A stretch of 42,890 bases of DNA from an uncultured Oleiharenicola sp. GTDB lineage: Bacteria; Verrucomicrobiota; Verrucomicrobiia; Opitutales; Opitutaceae. Below, in pieces: positions 28,288-38,447 of this stretch. Every line of letters begins with the position of its first letter. The first letter of the stretch is position 1. The notes under the pieces are model-generated. The model ran no database searches and had not been told where the DNA came from. It was given only the letters and a program-made list of their open reading frames with translations. A program made the translations under genes and the position numbers. The stretch covers positions 1 to 42,890 of the forward strand of contig CAZAOI010000001.1 in assembly GCA_964486705.1 (NCBI GenBank), read 5' to 3'.

Positions 28288-28941
28288 CTACTGGGATTTC
28301 GCTGGAGCTGCGGTTTCGGGAGCGGCCAGCGAGACCCGGATGAGCCCGCGCCACTTGTAGGCGGTGTAGCCGGTCGCCTGGTCCGCGGGAAATTTCTGAG
28401 TGAGAAGGAGTCTGACCTCCGGCTTGAGATTTTCCAAGGGTCCGTGGCACTTGAGGCAGATGGGCACGGCCACGAGGGGGCGATACACTCGCCACTCGGT
28501 TGGGTCGCCCGGGCGGTCGAGCCGCTGGATGAGGAGGTTGGGCACATCGTCGCCATCGCGCAGGGCCGTGTCGATGGCTTCGAGGGCGGCCTGGTCGCCC
28601 AGGTCGGGCTGATTGGCGGGGCTGCGCAGCTGAAGGCTGGTGCGCTTGACCGCGGTCACCCGCGGCTGGCCCGGCACCGATTTGGGCAGCGTCAGGTCCT
28701 TGAGGTGAGCCAACTCCATGGCTTTGGCCACGCCTTTTTCCGCCACGGTGTGTTCGACCTCGTAGATCAACATATGGCCGACGCGGTCGATCAGTCGTTC
28801 GCCGGCTTGGCGAAGGTGAGCGATGGTTGGGTCGGTGGGATCGATCCAGGAACCCGGGAATTGATCCGAGGGAATCGGATCGGCCGCGGAGCAGACCAGG
28901 CACGCGCCGGCGAGCAGGCAGGGCCAAAGATTCGTTTTCAT
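28288..28941 (-). CDS. DUF3365 (Tll0287-like) secreted c-type heme protein
   Basis: RTSLQLRSPANQPD; CLKCHG; FPADQATGY...RGLI signature; N-terminal signal peptide. Confidence 0.85.
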   Translation of the reverse strand: MKTNLWPCLLAGACLVCSAADPIPSDQFPGSWIDPTDPTIAHLRQAGERLIDRVGHMLIYEVEHTVAEKGVAKAMELAHLKDLTLPKSVPGQPRVTAVKRTSLQLRSPANQPDLGDQAALEAIDTALRDGDDVPNLLIQRLDRPGDPTEWRVYRPLVAVPICLKCHGPLENLKPEVRLLLTQKFPADQATGYTAYKWRGLIRVSLAAPETAAPAKSQ

Positions 28942-29148
28942 CGCGGGAGTATACACCCGCTCGCGCGAAAAATCATCCGGGTTAGAAAATGACAACAAAT
29001 GCGCAGTCCTGCCTTCCGGCTTGAGGTGACCTTGGCCCGAACCGCTCGCGCTTGGGCCGCGGCCCCGTGCAAATTTCAGAGAAGTTATACCAGGGTCCCT
29101 CGGGTTTTAGACTTTGGCGCCGTAGGGAAGATTCATGGGGCCACCAAC

Positions 29149-32100
29149 TCATTCTTGTCGGCCGGGATTGGTGGGCGAAGGCTGTTGGCCGGCGTTCGCC
29201 ATGTAGTAAATCACCGGCACGGCGATGCGGCTGATGAGCAGCGACGCGATTTCGCCAAACATCAGGCTGATGGCGAGACCTTGGAAAATCGGGTCCGCCA
29301 GAATCACGCTGGCGCCGACGACGACGGCCAGCGCCGTCAGCAGCATCGGGCGGAACCGCACCGCGCCGGCCTCGACGACGGCGGCGGCCAACGGCTGCCC
29401 CTGGGCGCGGCGCAGTTCAATGAAGTCGACGAGAATGATCGAATTCCGGACAATGATGCCGGCGCCCGCCATGAAACCGATCATCGACGTGGCCGTGAAG
29501 AACGCGCCCATCAGGGCGTGCGCCGGCAGGATGCCGATCAGCGAAAGCGGAATTACCACCATGATGACAAACGGGGTGGTGTAGCTTTTGAACCAGCCGA
29601 CCATCAGCATGTAGATCAAAATGCACACGGCGGCGAAGGCCAGGCCGAGATCGCGGAACACCTCGAGCGTCACATGCCATTCCCCGTCCCACTTGATCGC
29701 CGGCTCGAGTTCGCTGTCCGGCTGGCTGGAGTGATAAAGAGCGATCCGCGGCTCCGTGCCGCCAAACTCGCGGCCGTCCAGCTGCGCCAGCTGGCGGTTC
29801 ATGGCAAAAAGGGCGTAGACCGGGCTGGCCACTTTTCCGGCGACGTCGCCGGTCACATAAACAACCGGGCGGAGGTTCTTGCGGTAGAGATTCCTTTCGC
29901 CCGACGTGCGCTCTAAGGTGACAAGCTCACCCAGCGGGACCAAGGGACGCTCGCCGGCGCGAATGATGTCGTCGTGATCCGAACGCAATTGCAGGGCGAG
30001 CAGATCCTCCGGCCGGCTCCGCCGGTCGCGGGGCAGCTCGAGCTGGATGTCCACGTCTTCGCGCTCCAGGGGTTGGTGCAGCAAATCGACGCGGGCGCCG
30101 TTGACGGCGGTGCGAATGGTGCGGGCGATGGTTTTGACGCTGATGCCGTGCAGCGCGGCCTTGGTGCGGTCGATTCGCAGGTGGACGGTCGGCTGCTCCT
30201 CTTCGACAAACCAGTCCACATCGACCATCCCGGTGGTGGCCAAGAAAATTTCCTTCACTCGGCTGGCGAGCGCCAGGCGGTTGGTTTCAGACGGCCCGTA
30301 AATCTCCGCCACTAGGGTTTGCAGCACGGGCGGGCCGGGCGGCACCTCGGCGACAGCGACCGCCGCGCCGTGGCGGGCGGCAATGGCGGCGAGCCGCGGA
30401 CGGACCCGCACCGCGATGTCATGGCTTTGGGCGCGGCGCTCGTCTTTCGGCAGCAGATTGACCTGGAGATCGGCCATATTGGCGCCCCGGCGCTGGAAAT
30501 AGTGGCGGACCAGACCGTTGAAATTAAACGGCGAGGCCGTGCCCGCGTAGATTTGGTAGTCGCGGACTTCCGGCTCGGTCCGCACGGCGGCCGCGAGCTC
30601 GCGGGCCACCCGCATGGTTTCCTCCAGCGTCGAGCCCTCGGGCAGGTTGAGGATCACCTGAAACTCCGACTTGTTGTCGAAGGGCAGCATTTTAATCTGC
30701 ACGGCGCCAACGCCGACCAGGGCGACGGCGGCCAGCAGCAGTGAGCCGACCACCCCGAGGAAGGTCCACCGCCAGCGCGGATGGGCGATCAGCGGATCCA
30801 TGATGCGGTGATAAAGCCGGGTGAAAAAATCCTTCGGTTCCTGGTCGGGCAGCTCGGCCTCGTGGGCGGCCGACAGGTGCGGGACATGGCGGCGCAGCAC
30901 GCGCAAGGCGGCCCAGGGCGTGACGGTGAAGGCAACCATGAGCGAGAAAAGCATGGCGGCGCTGGCCCCGATCGGGATCGGGCGCATGTAGGGCCCCATC
31001 AAACCGCCGACGAAGGCCATCGGCAGGACCGCGGCGATGACCGCCCAGGTGGCCAGCACGGTGGGATTGCCCACCTCGTTGACGGCTTCAATCGCAATGT
31101 CGTTCAGGTTGCGCCCCCGCGATGAGGGCAGACGCTGGTGCCGCACGATATTTTCCACGACGACAATCGCATCATCCACCAGAATGCCGATGGAGAAAAT
31201 CAGCGCGAAGAGGGTGATGCGGTTCAACGTGTAGCCATAGAGGTAGAAAACCAGCAGCGTCAGACCCAGCGTGACGGGGATGGCCAGCAGCACGACCATC
31301 GACTCCCGCCAGCCGAGGAAAAAAAGGATCAGGAGCGCGACGCCGAAGATCGCGATGCCCATATGCAGAAGGAGCTCGTTGGACTTCTCGCTCGCGGTGG
31401 CGCCGTAGTCGCGGGTGAAGGTGAGGCTGACATCCGCCGGCAGCAGCACGCCGCGCAACCGATCAACCGTCTGCCGGAGAGCGTTCACCACGGTGACGGC
31501 ATTGGCTCCGGGGCGCTTGGCGACGCTGAGCGTGACCGCCACCTCCTCCTCAGAGGGGGAGAGGGTGTCTGGGTCGAGGCGGGTGGAGGTGATCGCCCCT
31601 CGCGCCGCCCCATGGCCGAACAGTACGTAGTCCGCCGGTTCGGCGGGGCCGTCAACCATGGTCGCGACATCGCGCAGGTAGATCGGCCGTGACTGCCACG
31701 TGCCGAGCACGAGGCCGGCGGCGTCGTCGGCGTCGCGGAGATAGGCGCCGGTCTCGATCAGGATATCGCGGTTGGCGGTAGCCAAGGCACCATCCTGGCT
31801 GCGGGCGTTCGCCGCGCGCAGGGCCGCGGCCAGATCGTCCAGCGTGAGCGCGCGCGACGCGAGCTTCACCGGGTCGACTTGCACGCGCAGCTGGCGCCGC
31901 ACGCCACCGATCAGCGTGGTCTCGGCCACATCGGGCAGTGCCTTAACCGCATCGTCGAGCTGCGCGGCGAGCCGGCGCAGAGTGAGGTGATCGTGAGTGC
32001 GGCTGTGCAGGGTGAGCGCCGCGACTGGTACATCGTCAATCGTGCGGGGCTTGATCAGCGGGGCACTGACGCCCGGGGGCACGCGGTCGTAGTTGGCCTG

Positions 32101-32472
32101 GAGTTTCTGATTCAGCCGGACGAGGCTCTGTTCGAGGTCGGAACCAACCGTGAAGCGGATAATCACCAGCGAGCTGCCGGGCATCGAGGTGGAATAGAGG
32201 TACTCCACCCCGGGAATTTCCCAAAGCAGCTTCTCCATGGGGCGCGTGACGCGGTTCTCGACCTCATGGGCGGTGGCGCCTGGCATGGCGACGAGGACGT
32301 CGACCATGGGCACTTTTATCTGGGGCTCCTCCTCGCGCGGCAGCTTCACCACGGCAAAAACGCCGAGGAGGAGCGAGGCGATGACCGCCAGCGGCGTGAG
32401 CCGGGAATCCACAAACGTGGCGGCGAGCCGGCCGGCGAATCCGAGCGGAGGCGTGGCGCCGGGTTGGCTCAT
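29149..32472 (-). CDS. RND efflux transporter permease subunit (AcrB/CusA superfamily)
   Basis: 1107 aa; LPREEEPQI; [14 protein letters not shown]; RFRPMLLT; 12-TM two-repeat architecture. Confidence 0.94.
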   Translation of the reverse strand: MSQPGATPPLGFAGRLAATFVDSRLTPLAVIASLLLGVFAVVKLPREEEPQIKVPMVDVLVAMPGATAHEVENRVTRPMEKLLWEIPGVEYLYSTSMPGSSLVIIRFTVGSDLEQSLVRLNQKLQANYDRVPPGVSAPLIKPRTIDDVPVAALTLHSRTHDHLTLRRLAAQLDDAVKALPDVAETTLIGGVRRQLRVQVDPVKLASRALTLDDLAAALRAANARSQDGALATANRDILIETGAYLRDADDAAGLVLGTWQSRPIYLRDVATMVDGPAEPADYVLFGHGAARGAITSTRLDPDTLSPSEEEVAVTLSVAKRPGANAVTVVNALRQTVDRLRGVLLPADVSLTFTRDYGATASEKSNELLLHMGIAIFGVALLILFFLGWRESMVVLLAIPVTLGLTLLVFYLYGYTLNRITLFALIFSIGILVDDAIVVVENIVRHQRLPSSRGRNLNDIAIEAVNEVGNPTVLATWAVIAAVLPMAFVGGLMGPYMRPIPIGASAAMLFSLMVAFTVTPWAALRVLRRHVPHLSAAHEAELPDQEPKDFFTRLYHRIMDPLIAHPRWRWTFLGVVGSLLLAAVALVGVGAVQIKMLPFDNKSEFQVILNLPEGSTLEETMRVARELAAAVRTEPEVRDYQIYAGTASPFNFNGLVRHYFQRRGANMADLQVNLLPKDERRAQSHDIAVRVRPRLAAIAARHGAAVAVAEVPPGPPVLQTLVAEIYGPSETNRLALASRVKEIFLATTGMVDVDWFVEEEQPTVHLRIDRTKAALHGISVKTIARTIRTAVNGARVDLLHQPLEREDVDIQLELPRDRRSRPEDLLALQLRSDHDDIIRAGERPLVPLGELVTLERTSGERNLYRKNLRPVVYVTGDVAGKVASPVYALFAMNRQLAQLDGREFGGTEPRIALYHSSQPDSELEPAIKWDGEWHVTLEVFRDLGLAFAAVCILIYMLMVGWFKSYTTPFVIMVVIPLSLIGILPAHALMGAFFTATSMIGFMAGAGIIVRNSIILVDFIELRRAQGQPLAAAVVEAGAVRFRPMLLTALAVVVGASVILADPIFQGLAISLMFGEIASLLISRIAVPVIYYMANAGQQPSPTNPGRQE

Positions 32473-33485
32473 GGGGCGAGGGCAACCCTCTGGCCGTCTC
32501 GCAGTGCGGACGGGGGTGAGAGCACGATCTGCTCGCCCGCGTTGAGGCCCGCGAGGATTTCGATGCGGCCCTGCAAGGTGCGGCCCGTTTTCACCAAGCG
32601 GAGGACGGCGCGGCCCTGTTCGACGACAAAAATCCGTTCGATCTGGCCGAAGCGCGCAACCGCCGAGGCCGGCACAGTGATCGTCTCGCTCGTGCCGCTT
32701 TTGACCTGAAGGCGGGCAAACTGGCCGGACCGGGCACGGCCGGGAGGCAATCCGACTTTGGCCAGGACGGAGTGGCTGACCTCATCGGCGGCGGAGGAGA
32801 TTTCCTCCAGCTGGCCGGTCACCGCGGCCGCATCGTCCTCCAGCAAGACCGTCAGTTCATCGCCGGGGCGCAAACCGGCGGCGATTTTTTCGGGAATGGC
32901 GCCCTCGGCGCGCAGGTGCTGGGTCGACTCCAGCACCAGCAGGGGCAGGCCGAACGTGGCCAGATCTCCTGGCAGGACATTCTTGGCGGTGATCACACCG
33001 GCGAAGGGGGCGCGAACGGTGGCGTAGGCGAGCATCGCGTCGGCCTCCGCCTCCGCCGCTTGGGCGTAGCTGAGCCGATCGGCGGCGTCCCGCAAACTGT
33101 CCGGGGCATTGACGCCTTTATCGACGAGGGTGCGGGCCCGGTCGGCGTTGCGTTCCGCTTCCGCCAGTTGGGCCCGAGCCTGGCGGACGCGGGCTTCGGT
33201 TTCCGGCGAGTTGAGGGTCAGCAGCACCTCCCCCGCCGCGACCGCTCCGCCTAGGCCGAGGGGGAACGTGGCGATGGTCCCGGTGACCTTGGCGGCGATG
33301 CTGGCCCGTTCCGCCGGGCGGACGGTCGCGGGGGTTTCCAGAAGCACGGGCAGGCGTTCGACCGCGACGACGGCGGTGGCGACCGGCAGGGCCGACCCGG
33401 CGGCCTGGGCTAGGCCGGGCTCGGCGCGCCGGCAGGCGGTTACCGCCAGCAGGGCGACGAGGGGCAGGAGGAGGCGCAAAGACAT
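32469..33485 (-). CDS. RND efflux periplasmic adaptor (membrane fusion protein), lipoprotein
   Basis: Lipobox-like AVTAC; IAAKVTGTI; coiled hairpin; VRAPFAGVI; GLNAGEQIV; stop overlaps the permease ATG. Confidence 0.92.
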   Translation of the reverse strand: MSLRLLLPLVALLAVTACRRAEPGLAQAAGSALPVATAVVAVERLPVLLETPATVRPAERASIAAKVTGTIATFPLGLGGAVAAGEVLLTLNSPETEARVRQARAQLAEAERNADRARTLVDKGVNAPDSLRDAADRLSYAQAAEAEADAMLAYATVRAPFAGVITAKNVLPGDLATFGLPLLVLESTQHLRAEGAIPEKIAAGLRPGDELTVLLEDDAAAVTGQLEEISSAADEVSHSVLAKVGLPPGRARSGQFARLQVKSGTSETITVPASAVARFGQIERIFVVEQGRAVLRLVKTGRTLQGRIEILAGLNAGEQIVLSPPSALRDGQRVALAP

Positions 33486-33489
33486 GGGT

Positions 33490-33711
33490 TCAGGATTTCC
33501 CGCCCCAGTGGATGAGGCCGTCGTTGTCGAGCCAGCCCAGCTTCCGCAGGATGATGCTGGGCGGGCAGAATCCGGTGAACGCCGACTGGATGAGGTTGAG
33601 GGCGGCAAAACAAGTGAGCAACAGCCACCACGGGCTCACGAAATGCGCCAGCGCCACGCCGAGGAGGACCATGGAGCCGGCCAGGACACGGATGAAGTTG
33701 TCGATTTTCAT
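33490..33711 (-). CDS. DUF2892 / YgaP-like small membrane protein
   Basis: IRVLAG...LNLIQSAFTGFCP signature with two TM helices. Confidence 0.88.
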   Translation of the reverse strand: MKIDNFIRVLAGSMVLLGVALAHFVSPWWLLLTCFAALNLIQSAFTGFCPPSIILRKLGWLDNDGLIHWGGKS

Positions 33712-33717
33712 AACAGT

Positions 33718-33754
33718 ATATGAGCATATACGTATATCCTTGATCTTTTGTCAA
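33718..33754. promoter_or_regulatory. Divergent promoter with putative ArsR operator
   Basis: Imperfect palindrome ATAT-GAGC-ATAT-ACGT-ATAT (33718-33737) and a perfect TTGACA on the minus strand (33749-33754) in the 62-bp spacer. Confidence 0.55.
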
Positions 33755-33773
33755 GCCGGCATTGGGTGGAGGC

Positions 33774-34106
33774 ATGAGCCTGCATCTGCCCCTCAACGAT
33801 CACGCCCTGGAGAGCGTTGCCCGCCGCTTTGCGGTCTTGGCCGAGCCGATGCGGCTGCGGCTGATCCAGGCCCTGTTCGGCGGGGAAAGGAACGTCGGCG
33901 AACTCGTCAAGGACATCGGGGGGACGCAGGCCAATGTCTCGCGCCACCTGCAGACGCTCGTGGCCGCCCACATCCTGGCCCGGCGCAAGGAAGGCGCGCA
34001 GGTCTACTATCGGATCAGCGATCCGAGCATCCCGAAGTTGTGCGAGCTGGTGTGCGGCAGTCTGGAGAAGACGCTGCTCCGGCAAGCCGGCGCGTTCGAG
34101 CGGTAG
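33774..34106 (+). CDS. ArsR/SmtB family transcriptional regulator
   Basis: FAVLAEPMRLRLI, NVGELV, QANVSRHL, RKEGAQVYYRI; C-terminal CELVC; GGAGG RBS. Confidence 0.93.
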   Translation: MSLHLPLNDHALESVARRFAVLAEPMRLRLIQALFGGERNVGELVKDIGGTQANVSRHLQTLVAAHILARRKEGAQVYYRISDPSIPKLCELVCGSLEKTLLRQAGAFER

Positions 34107-34115
34107 CGGCGGACG

Positions 34116-35645
34116 TCAGATATCGTAACCGAGCCCGGTCGGCTCCCAGTCGGGCGCGACGGTGCCGGTGTTGGTAAACTCGTCAAACCAGGCTTCCACG
34201 CGCCGCCCGATGGCGCCGGTGTCGCGGTGATGGGTGAACTCGTTGTTCCGGGCGTGATGGATGTAGTCGGCGGCCCAACTCCGGTGGTTGGCGGCCAGGG
34301 CGGTGATGGCGTCCACGAGGCGGTGGGCTTCCGCGTCGGTGGTGGTGGGGTGGAGCGAGAGGCGCACCCAGCCCGGTTTCTCGGTGTTGTCGCCGAGGTT
34401 GATCCGGTCGGTGATGGAGCGGGAATGCTCGCGGGAGACGTGCAGCAGGTAGTGGCCATACGTGCCGGCGCAAGAACAGCCGCCGCGGGTCTGGATCCCG
34501 AAGCGGTCGTTGAGCAACTTCACCGCGAGGTTGAAGTGCAGCTCGTCGATGTAGAAGGAGATGATGCCTAGCCGGTCGCGTTGCCGGTCGGCGAGGACAT
34601 GAACCCCGGGAATGGCCAGCAGTCGATCCCAGACGATGGCGAGCAGCTCGTGCTCGCGGCGCAAAATATTCTCCACGCCCATGGCCTCCTTCAGGCGGAT
34701 GCAGAGCGCCGTGCGGATGGCCTGGGTGAAGCCCGGCGTGCCGCCGTCCTCGCGGGCTTCGATGTCGTCGTAGTATTTGTGTTCGCCCCACGGGTTGGTC
34801 CAGTCGACGGTGCCGCCGCCGGGATTGTCCGGCACGCGGTTCGTGTAGAGTTTTTTGTTGAAGACCAGGACGCCGCTGCTGCCGGGGCCGCCCAGGAACT
34901 TGTGCGGAGAAAAATACAGGGCGTCGAGCCAGCCGTCGGGATGCGCCGCCGGGTGCATGTCGATGCCGATGTAGGGGGCGCTCGCGGCGAAATCCACGAA
35001 ACACAAGCCGCCGGCGCGATGCAGCAGCGTGGCGATTTCGTGGAAGGGCGTGAGGAGTCCCGTGACGTTGGAGCAGCTGGTCACGGACGCGATCTTCACG
35101 CGCCGGTCGCGATACTCGTCGAGCAGCGCGGCGAGGTGGGCGAGGTCGACGAGGCCGGCGGAGTCGGCGTTGATCACCCGCACCTCGGCGAGGCTCTCGA
35201 TCCACGAAGTCTGGTTGGAGTGGTGCTCCATGTGGGTCACGAACACGATCGGTCGCTCCGCCGCCGGCACCTGGACGCGGTCGATAAATTTCTCATGGAC
35301 GCGCAAGCCGAGGATGCGCTGGAATTTGTTCACGACCGCCGTCATGCCCGAGCCATAGCAGATAATGGCATCGTCGGCCGCGGCGTGGACGTGCTGCTTG
35401 ATGATGTGGAGCGCCTCGTGGTAGGCGCGGGTCATCGTCGTGCCGGTGACGGAGGTCTCGGTGTGGGTGTTGCCGATGAAGGGCGCGATTTGCTCGCTCA
35501 TCATCCGCTCGATCGGGCCGAACATGCGCCCGCTCGCGGTCCAGTCGGCGTAGAGGATGCGCTGCCGGCCGAAGGGCGTCTCGAAGTCCTGGTCGATGCC
35601 GATGATGTTCGAGCGAAAAGGGGCGAAGTGGGACTCGAGAGACAT
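34116..35645 (-). CDS. Aminotransferase class V-fold PLP enzyme (SufS/CsdA-like cysteine desulfurase homologue)
   Basis: YADWTASG, MEHHSN, DFAAS, SPHKFLGGPG (PLP lysine), RGGCSCAG (catalytic Cys loop). Confidence 0.88.
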   Translation of the reverse strand: MSLESHFAPFRSNIIGIDQDFETPFGRQRILYADWTASGRMFGPIERMMSEQIAPFIGNTHTETSVTGTTMTRAYHEALHIIKQHVHAAADDAIICYGSGMTAVVNKFQRILGLRVHEKFIDRVQVPAAERPIVFVTHMEHHSNQTSWIESLAEVRVINADSAGLVDLAHLAALLDEYRDRRVKIASVTSCSNVTGLLTPFHEIATLLHRAGGLCFVDFAASAPYIGIDMHPAAHPDGWLDALYFSPHKFLGGPGSSGVLVFNKKLYTNRVPDNPGGGTVDWTNPWGEHKYYDDIEAREDGGTPGFTQAIRTALCIRLKEAMGVENILRREHELLAIVWDRLLAIPGVHVLADRQRDRLGIISFYIDELHFNLAVKLLNDRFGIQTRGGCSCAGTYGHYLLHVSREHSRSITDRINLGDNTEKPGWVRLSLHPTTTDAEAHRLVDAITALAANHRSWAADYIHHARNNEFTHHRDTGAIGRRVEAWFDEFTNTGTVAPDWEPTGLGYDI

Positions 35646-35812
35646 GAGAGGGGTGCGGCAGCAATCTTTGCAGTTCGGGCTGACTTTCAACTCTCAATCG
35701 GTTCTTTGGGCCGAAGGGACTAGAGTTGGGGGTCCAGTCGGGCAGTGAAACGATGGAACCCGGCCTCCGGACGGGTTGATTGGAAGGGCGGAGAAACAAA
35801 CGCGGCCCTGAA

Positions 35813-36541
35813 CTATTCCGCCACTTCCTCGTTGGAAAACACGGCCTGCACATCGTCCATTTCTTCCAAGGTGTCGTGCAGTTGGATAATCGCTTTGGCC
35901 TTGGCGGAATCGGTCACGGGCATCGTGGACGTCGGGATATAGGCGACTTCGGAAGAGTCGGGCTTGATGCCGGCCTGCTCCAGCGCGTGGGCGATCTGGT
36001 CAAAGGCGTGGATGTTGCAGCGCACCTCGTAGCCTTGCTCGGAGCTGATGACGTCGTCGGCGCCGGCGGCGAGAGCGACCTCCAGCAGGCGGTCCTCGGT
36101 GGTCCGCTCTGGTGCGATGAGGAATTGACCGGCGTGGAGAAACTGGAAGGCCACAGCGCCGGACTGCGCGAGGTTGCCGCCGAACGCGTTGAAGGCGGCG
36201 CGGACGTCCTTGGCGGCGCGGGTCTTGTTGTCGGTGGTGACTTCGACAACAAAGGCCACGCCCCCGGGCCCGTAACCCTCGTAGGTCATCTCCTCAAACA
36301 CGACCCCGGGCAGTTCGCCGGTGCCTTTCTTGATGGCGCGGTCGACGTTGTCGGCCGGCATATTGGCCTCGCGCGCCTTGAGCACGAGGGTGCGAAGGCG
36401 GGCGTTGCCCTCGAGGTCGCCGCCGCCGGTTTTGGCGGCCATGGTGATGTCGCGCGAAAGCCGCGAAAAGACTTTGCCCCGGCGCGAGTCGGTGACGGCT
36501 TTGAGCCGTTTGACTTTGGACCATTTGTTATGGCCGGCCAT
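35813..36541 (-). CDS. yebC: YebC/PmpR family protein
   Basis: MAGHNKWSK, NMPADNVDRAI, YEGYGPGG, DDVQAVFSN. Confidence 0.95.
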   Translation of the reverse strand: MAGHNKWSKVKRLKAVTDSRRGKVFSRLSRDITMAAKTGGGDLEGNARLRTLVLKAREANMPADNVDRAIKKGTGELPGVVFEEMTYEGYGPGGVAFVVEVTTDNKTRAAKDVRAAFNAFGGNLAQSGAVAFQFLHAGQFLIAPERTTEDRLLEVALAAGADDVISSEQGYEVRCNIHAFDQIAHALEQAGIKPDSSEVAYIPTSTMPVTDSAKAKAIIQLHDTLEEMDDVQAVFSNEEVAE

Positions 36542-36545
36542 CCGC

Positions 36546-36577
36546 AGAGTTGAAAGTTGAGGGTTGAGAGTTGAAAG
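36546..36577. repeat. 7-nt tandem repeat (TTGARRG) x4 with an inverted partner at 35684-35697
   Basis: TTGAAAG-TTGAGGG-TTGAGAG-TTGAAAG; 36564-36577 is the perfect reverse complement of CTTTCAACTCTCAA at 35684-35697. Confidence 0.75.
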
Positions 36578-36598
36578 CCCGACCCGGGTGGCAGTGCA

Positions 36599-36626
36599 GG
36601 GCGGCTGAGGGCAACCGCCCCGACCG
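36599..36626 (-). repeat. REP-like hairpin (GTCG type) immediately after the yidC stop codon
   Basis: Reverse complement CGGTCGGGGCGGTTGCCCTCAGCCGCCC, 24/28 identical to 14952-14979. Confidence 0.7.
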
Positions 36627-38420
36627 TCATTTCTTCTTCTTTGGCGTGACGTTTTTCATCGATCCCGGTCCGGTCGTTGCACCAGCGGTCGCGGGCAGTT
36701 CGGGTTCCGGCATCCGGTTGATGACCATCTGCTGGCCGATGGTGAACAGGCCGTTGATGGTGGAATAGAGCGCGAGGCCGGAGGCGAAATTGTAGCAGAA
36801 GAGGGTGAACATCCAGGGCATGACCTTCATCATGGTGGCCTGGGCGTTGTCGGTCGTCGGCGTGGGTGTCAGCCGCATCTGGACAATCATCGTCGCGCCC
36901 ATCAGCAGAGGCATGATGTTCAGCGGCAGGCCGAAGACGTGGGCGATCGTGTCGGGGGCGGAGAGATCCGTCGCCCAGAGGAACGAGGCAAAGCGCAGTT
37001 CCGATGCGCTTTGGAGCATGCTGAAGAAGCCGATGAAGAATGGCATCGTAATGAGAATCGGGATGCAGCCGCCGACCGGGTTGACCTTGTTTTCCTTAAA
37101 TAGCTTCAGGGTCTCGGTCTGAATCTTCTGGGGGTTATCCTTATATTTCTCGCGCATGGCCTGCATGAGCGGGTTGAGCTTGGCCATGCGCTTGGCGGAG
37201 CGCGACGCCGCCAGGGTGAAGGGCAGGAAGATGATCTTCAGGACCAGCGTGGTGATGATGATGGCCCAGCCCCAGTTCGGAACCAGGGAGTGAACCCAGG
37301 TCATCATGGTCAGCAGCAACGGGGCGAAGAAGCCGGCGAAAAAGATCCGATTGAAGAAAAAGGAGTCGAATTGCATGACCTTTTCTTCGCTGTGCTTGAA
37401 GATGTCGGCGTTGGAAAGACGTTTATACTCCTTGGGGCCGGCGTAGAAGGAGGCGCCGAAAGTAGAGGTCGCCCCGGGGGCGATCGGCTTGATGTCAAAC
37501 TGCGCATAGCCGGTGAGGCCGTAGGAATTGTTGTCGGTGTCGGGGGCGCGGGGGTTGAGCTTTACGCGCTCGATAAGGACGCCGGTGCCCGGTTGGTCGG
37601 GCGTGAGGATCATGGTAAAGAACTGGTTTATCACCGAGGCCCAGGCGATGGCGGCGGGCCGGTCGATAAACGGGAGCGGAGTTCCGTCCTTCATGCCGAC
37701 CATGGCCAGAAAACCGCCGCCTTCGAGGTCGCTGCGGGCGATGAAGGTGTGGTCCTTGCCGTCCGAGAAACCGGAGTTCAGGTAGAGGCCGTAGTCGTTT
37801 TCGTTGAGCGGGGCGGCGGTACCGAGATTAAACGAGGCGCGCGGCAGCGGGCGCGGTTTGTCGGTCAGATTGCGGAAGACCGTCTCGTGGCGGATCTGGT
37901 AGTCGTCCTGCCCGGTGGCTTTAGCCAGAGAGTAACGGCGGGTGACTTCCAGGCCGTCGGCGATCGCGCGGTACACGACCTCGGTGCTGGAGTGTGAAAC
38001 CAGTTCATAAGCGGTGTGGAGGTCAGCGCCGGGAAAATCCCGGAGGCTAAGCGCGGGGGCGGCCTGCAAGGCATTGAGCGTGTAAAGCTCGGGCTGGCCT
38101 TTGACGGCGAGGTGTTTTTTCAGGCCGATGGAGTCGATGGCGCCACCGTGGTTGGTGAAGCGCACCGCCAAGTAATCGTTGGAGAGGGCGACATATTCCG
38201 CCGGCGCCTCCGTGGACGTTTTGGAAGCGGTTATCGTGACATCGTCCGGCGAATGAGCGGGGCCGATGGGCGGGGCTTCGTTTCTCGCCAGCGGGCTACC
38301 GCTGGTGGCGGTTTCGGGGGCGCGGGGCGGGGGTGGCGGCGCCAGCCGGGCCGTGAAGTAGAAACTCGCCATTGCGGCGACAAGGAGCAGGACACCGATT
38401 ACTGTATTCTTTTTATCCAT
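36627..38420 (-). CDS. yidC: Membrane protein insertase YidC
   Basis: MDKKNTVIG N-terminal anchor; YAGPK; NWGWAIII; VNPVGGCIP; DLSAPD; SGLALY. Confidence 0.96.
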   Translation of the reverse strand: MDKKNTVIGVLLLVAAMASFYFTARLAPPPPPRAPETATSGSPLARNEAPPIGPAHSPDDVTITASKTSTEAPAEYVALSNDYLAVRFTNHGGAIDSIGLKKHLAVKGQPELYTLNALQAAPALSLRDFPGADLHTAYELVSHSSTEVVYRAIADGLEVTRRYSLAKATGQDDYQIRHETVFRNLTDKPRPLPRASFNLGTAAPLNENDYGLYLNSGFSDGKDHTFIARSDLEGGGFLAMVGMKDGTPLPFIDRPAAIAWASVINQFFTMILTPDQPGTGVLIERVKLNPRAPDTDNNSYGLTGYAQFDIKPIAPGATSTFGASFYAGPKEYKRLSNADIFKHSEEKVMQFDSFFFNRIFFAGFFAPLLLTMMTWVHSLVPNWGWAIIITTLVLKIIFLPFTLAASRSAKRMAKLNPLMQAMREKYKDNPQKIQTETLKLFKENKVNPVGGCIPILITMPFFIGFFSMLQSASELRFASFLWATDLSAPDTIAHVFGLPLNIMPLLMGATMIVQMRLTPTPTTDNAQATMMKVMPWMFTLFCYNFASGLALYSTINGLFTIGQQMVINRMPEPELPATAGATTGPGSMKNVTPKKKK

Positions 38421-38447
38421 GGAGAGAGGGCGGGCAAAAGCCAGCGG

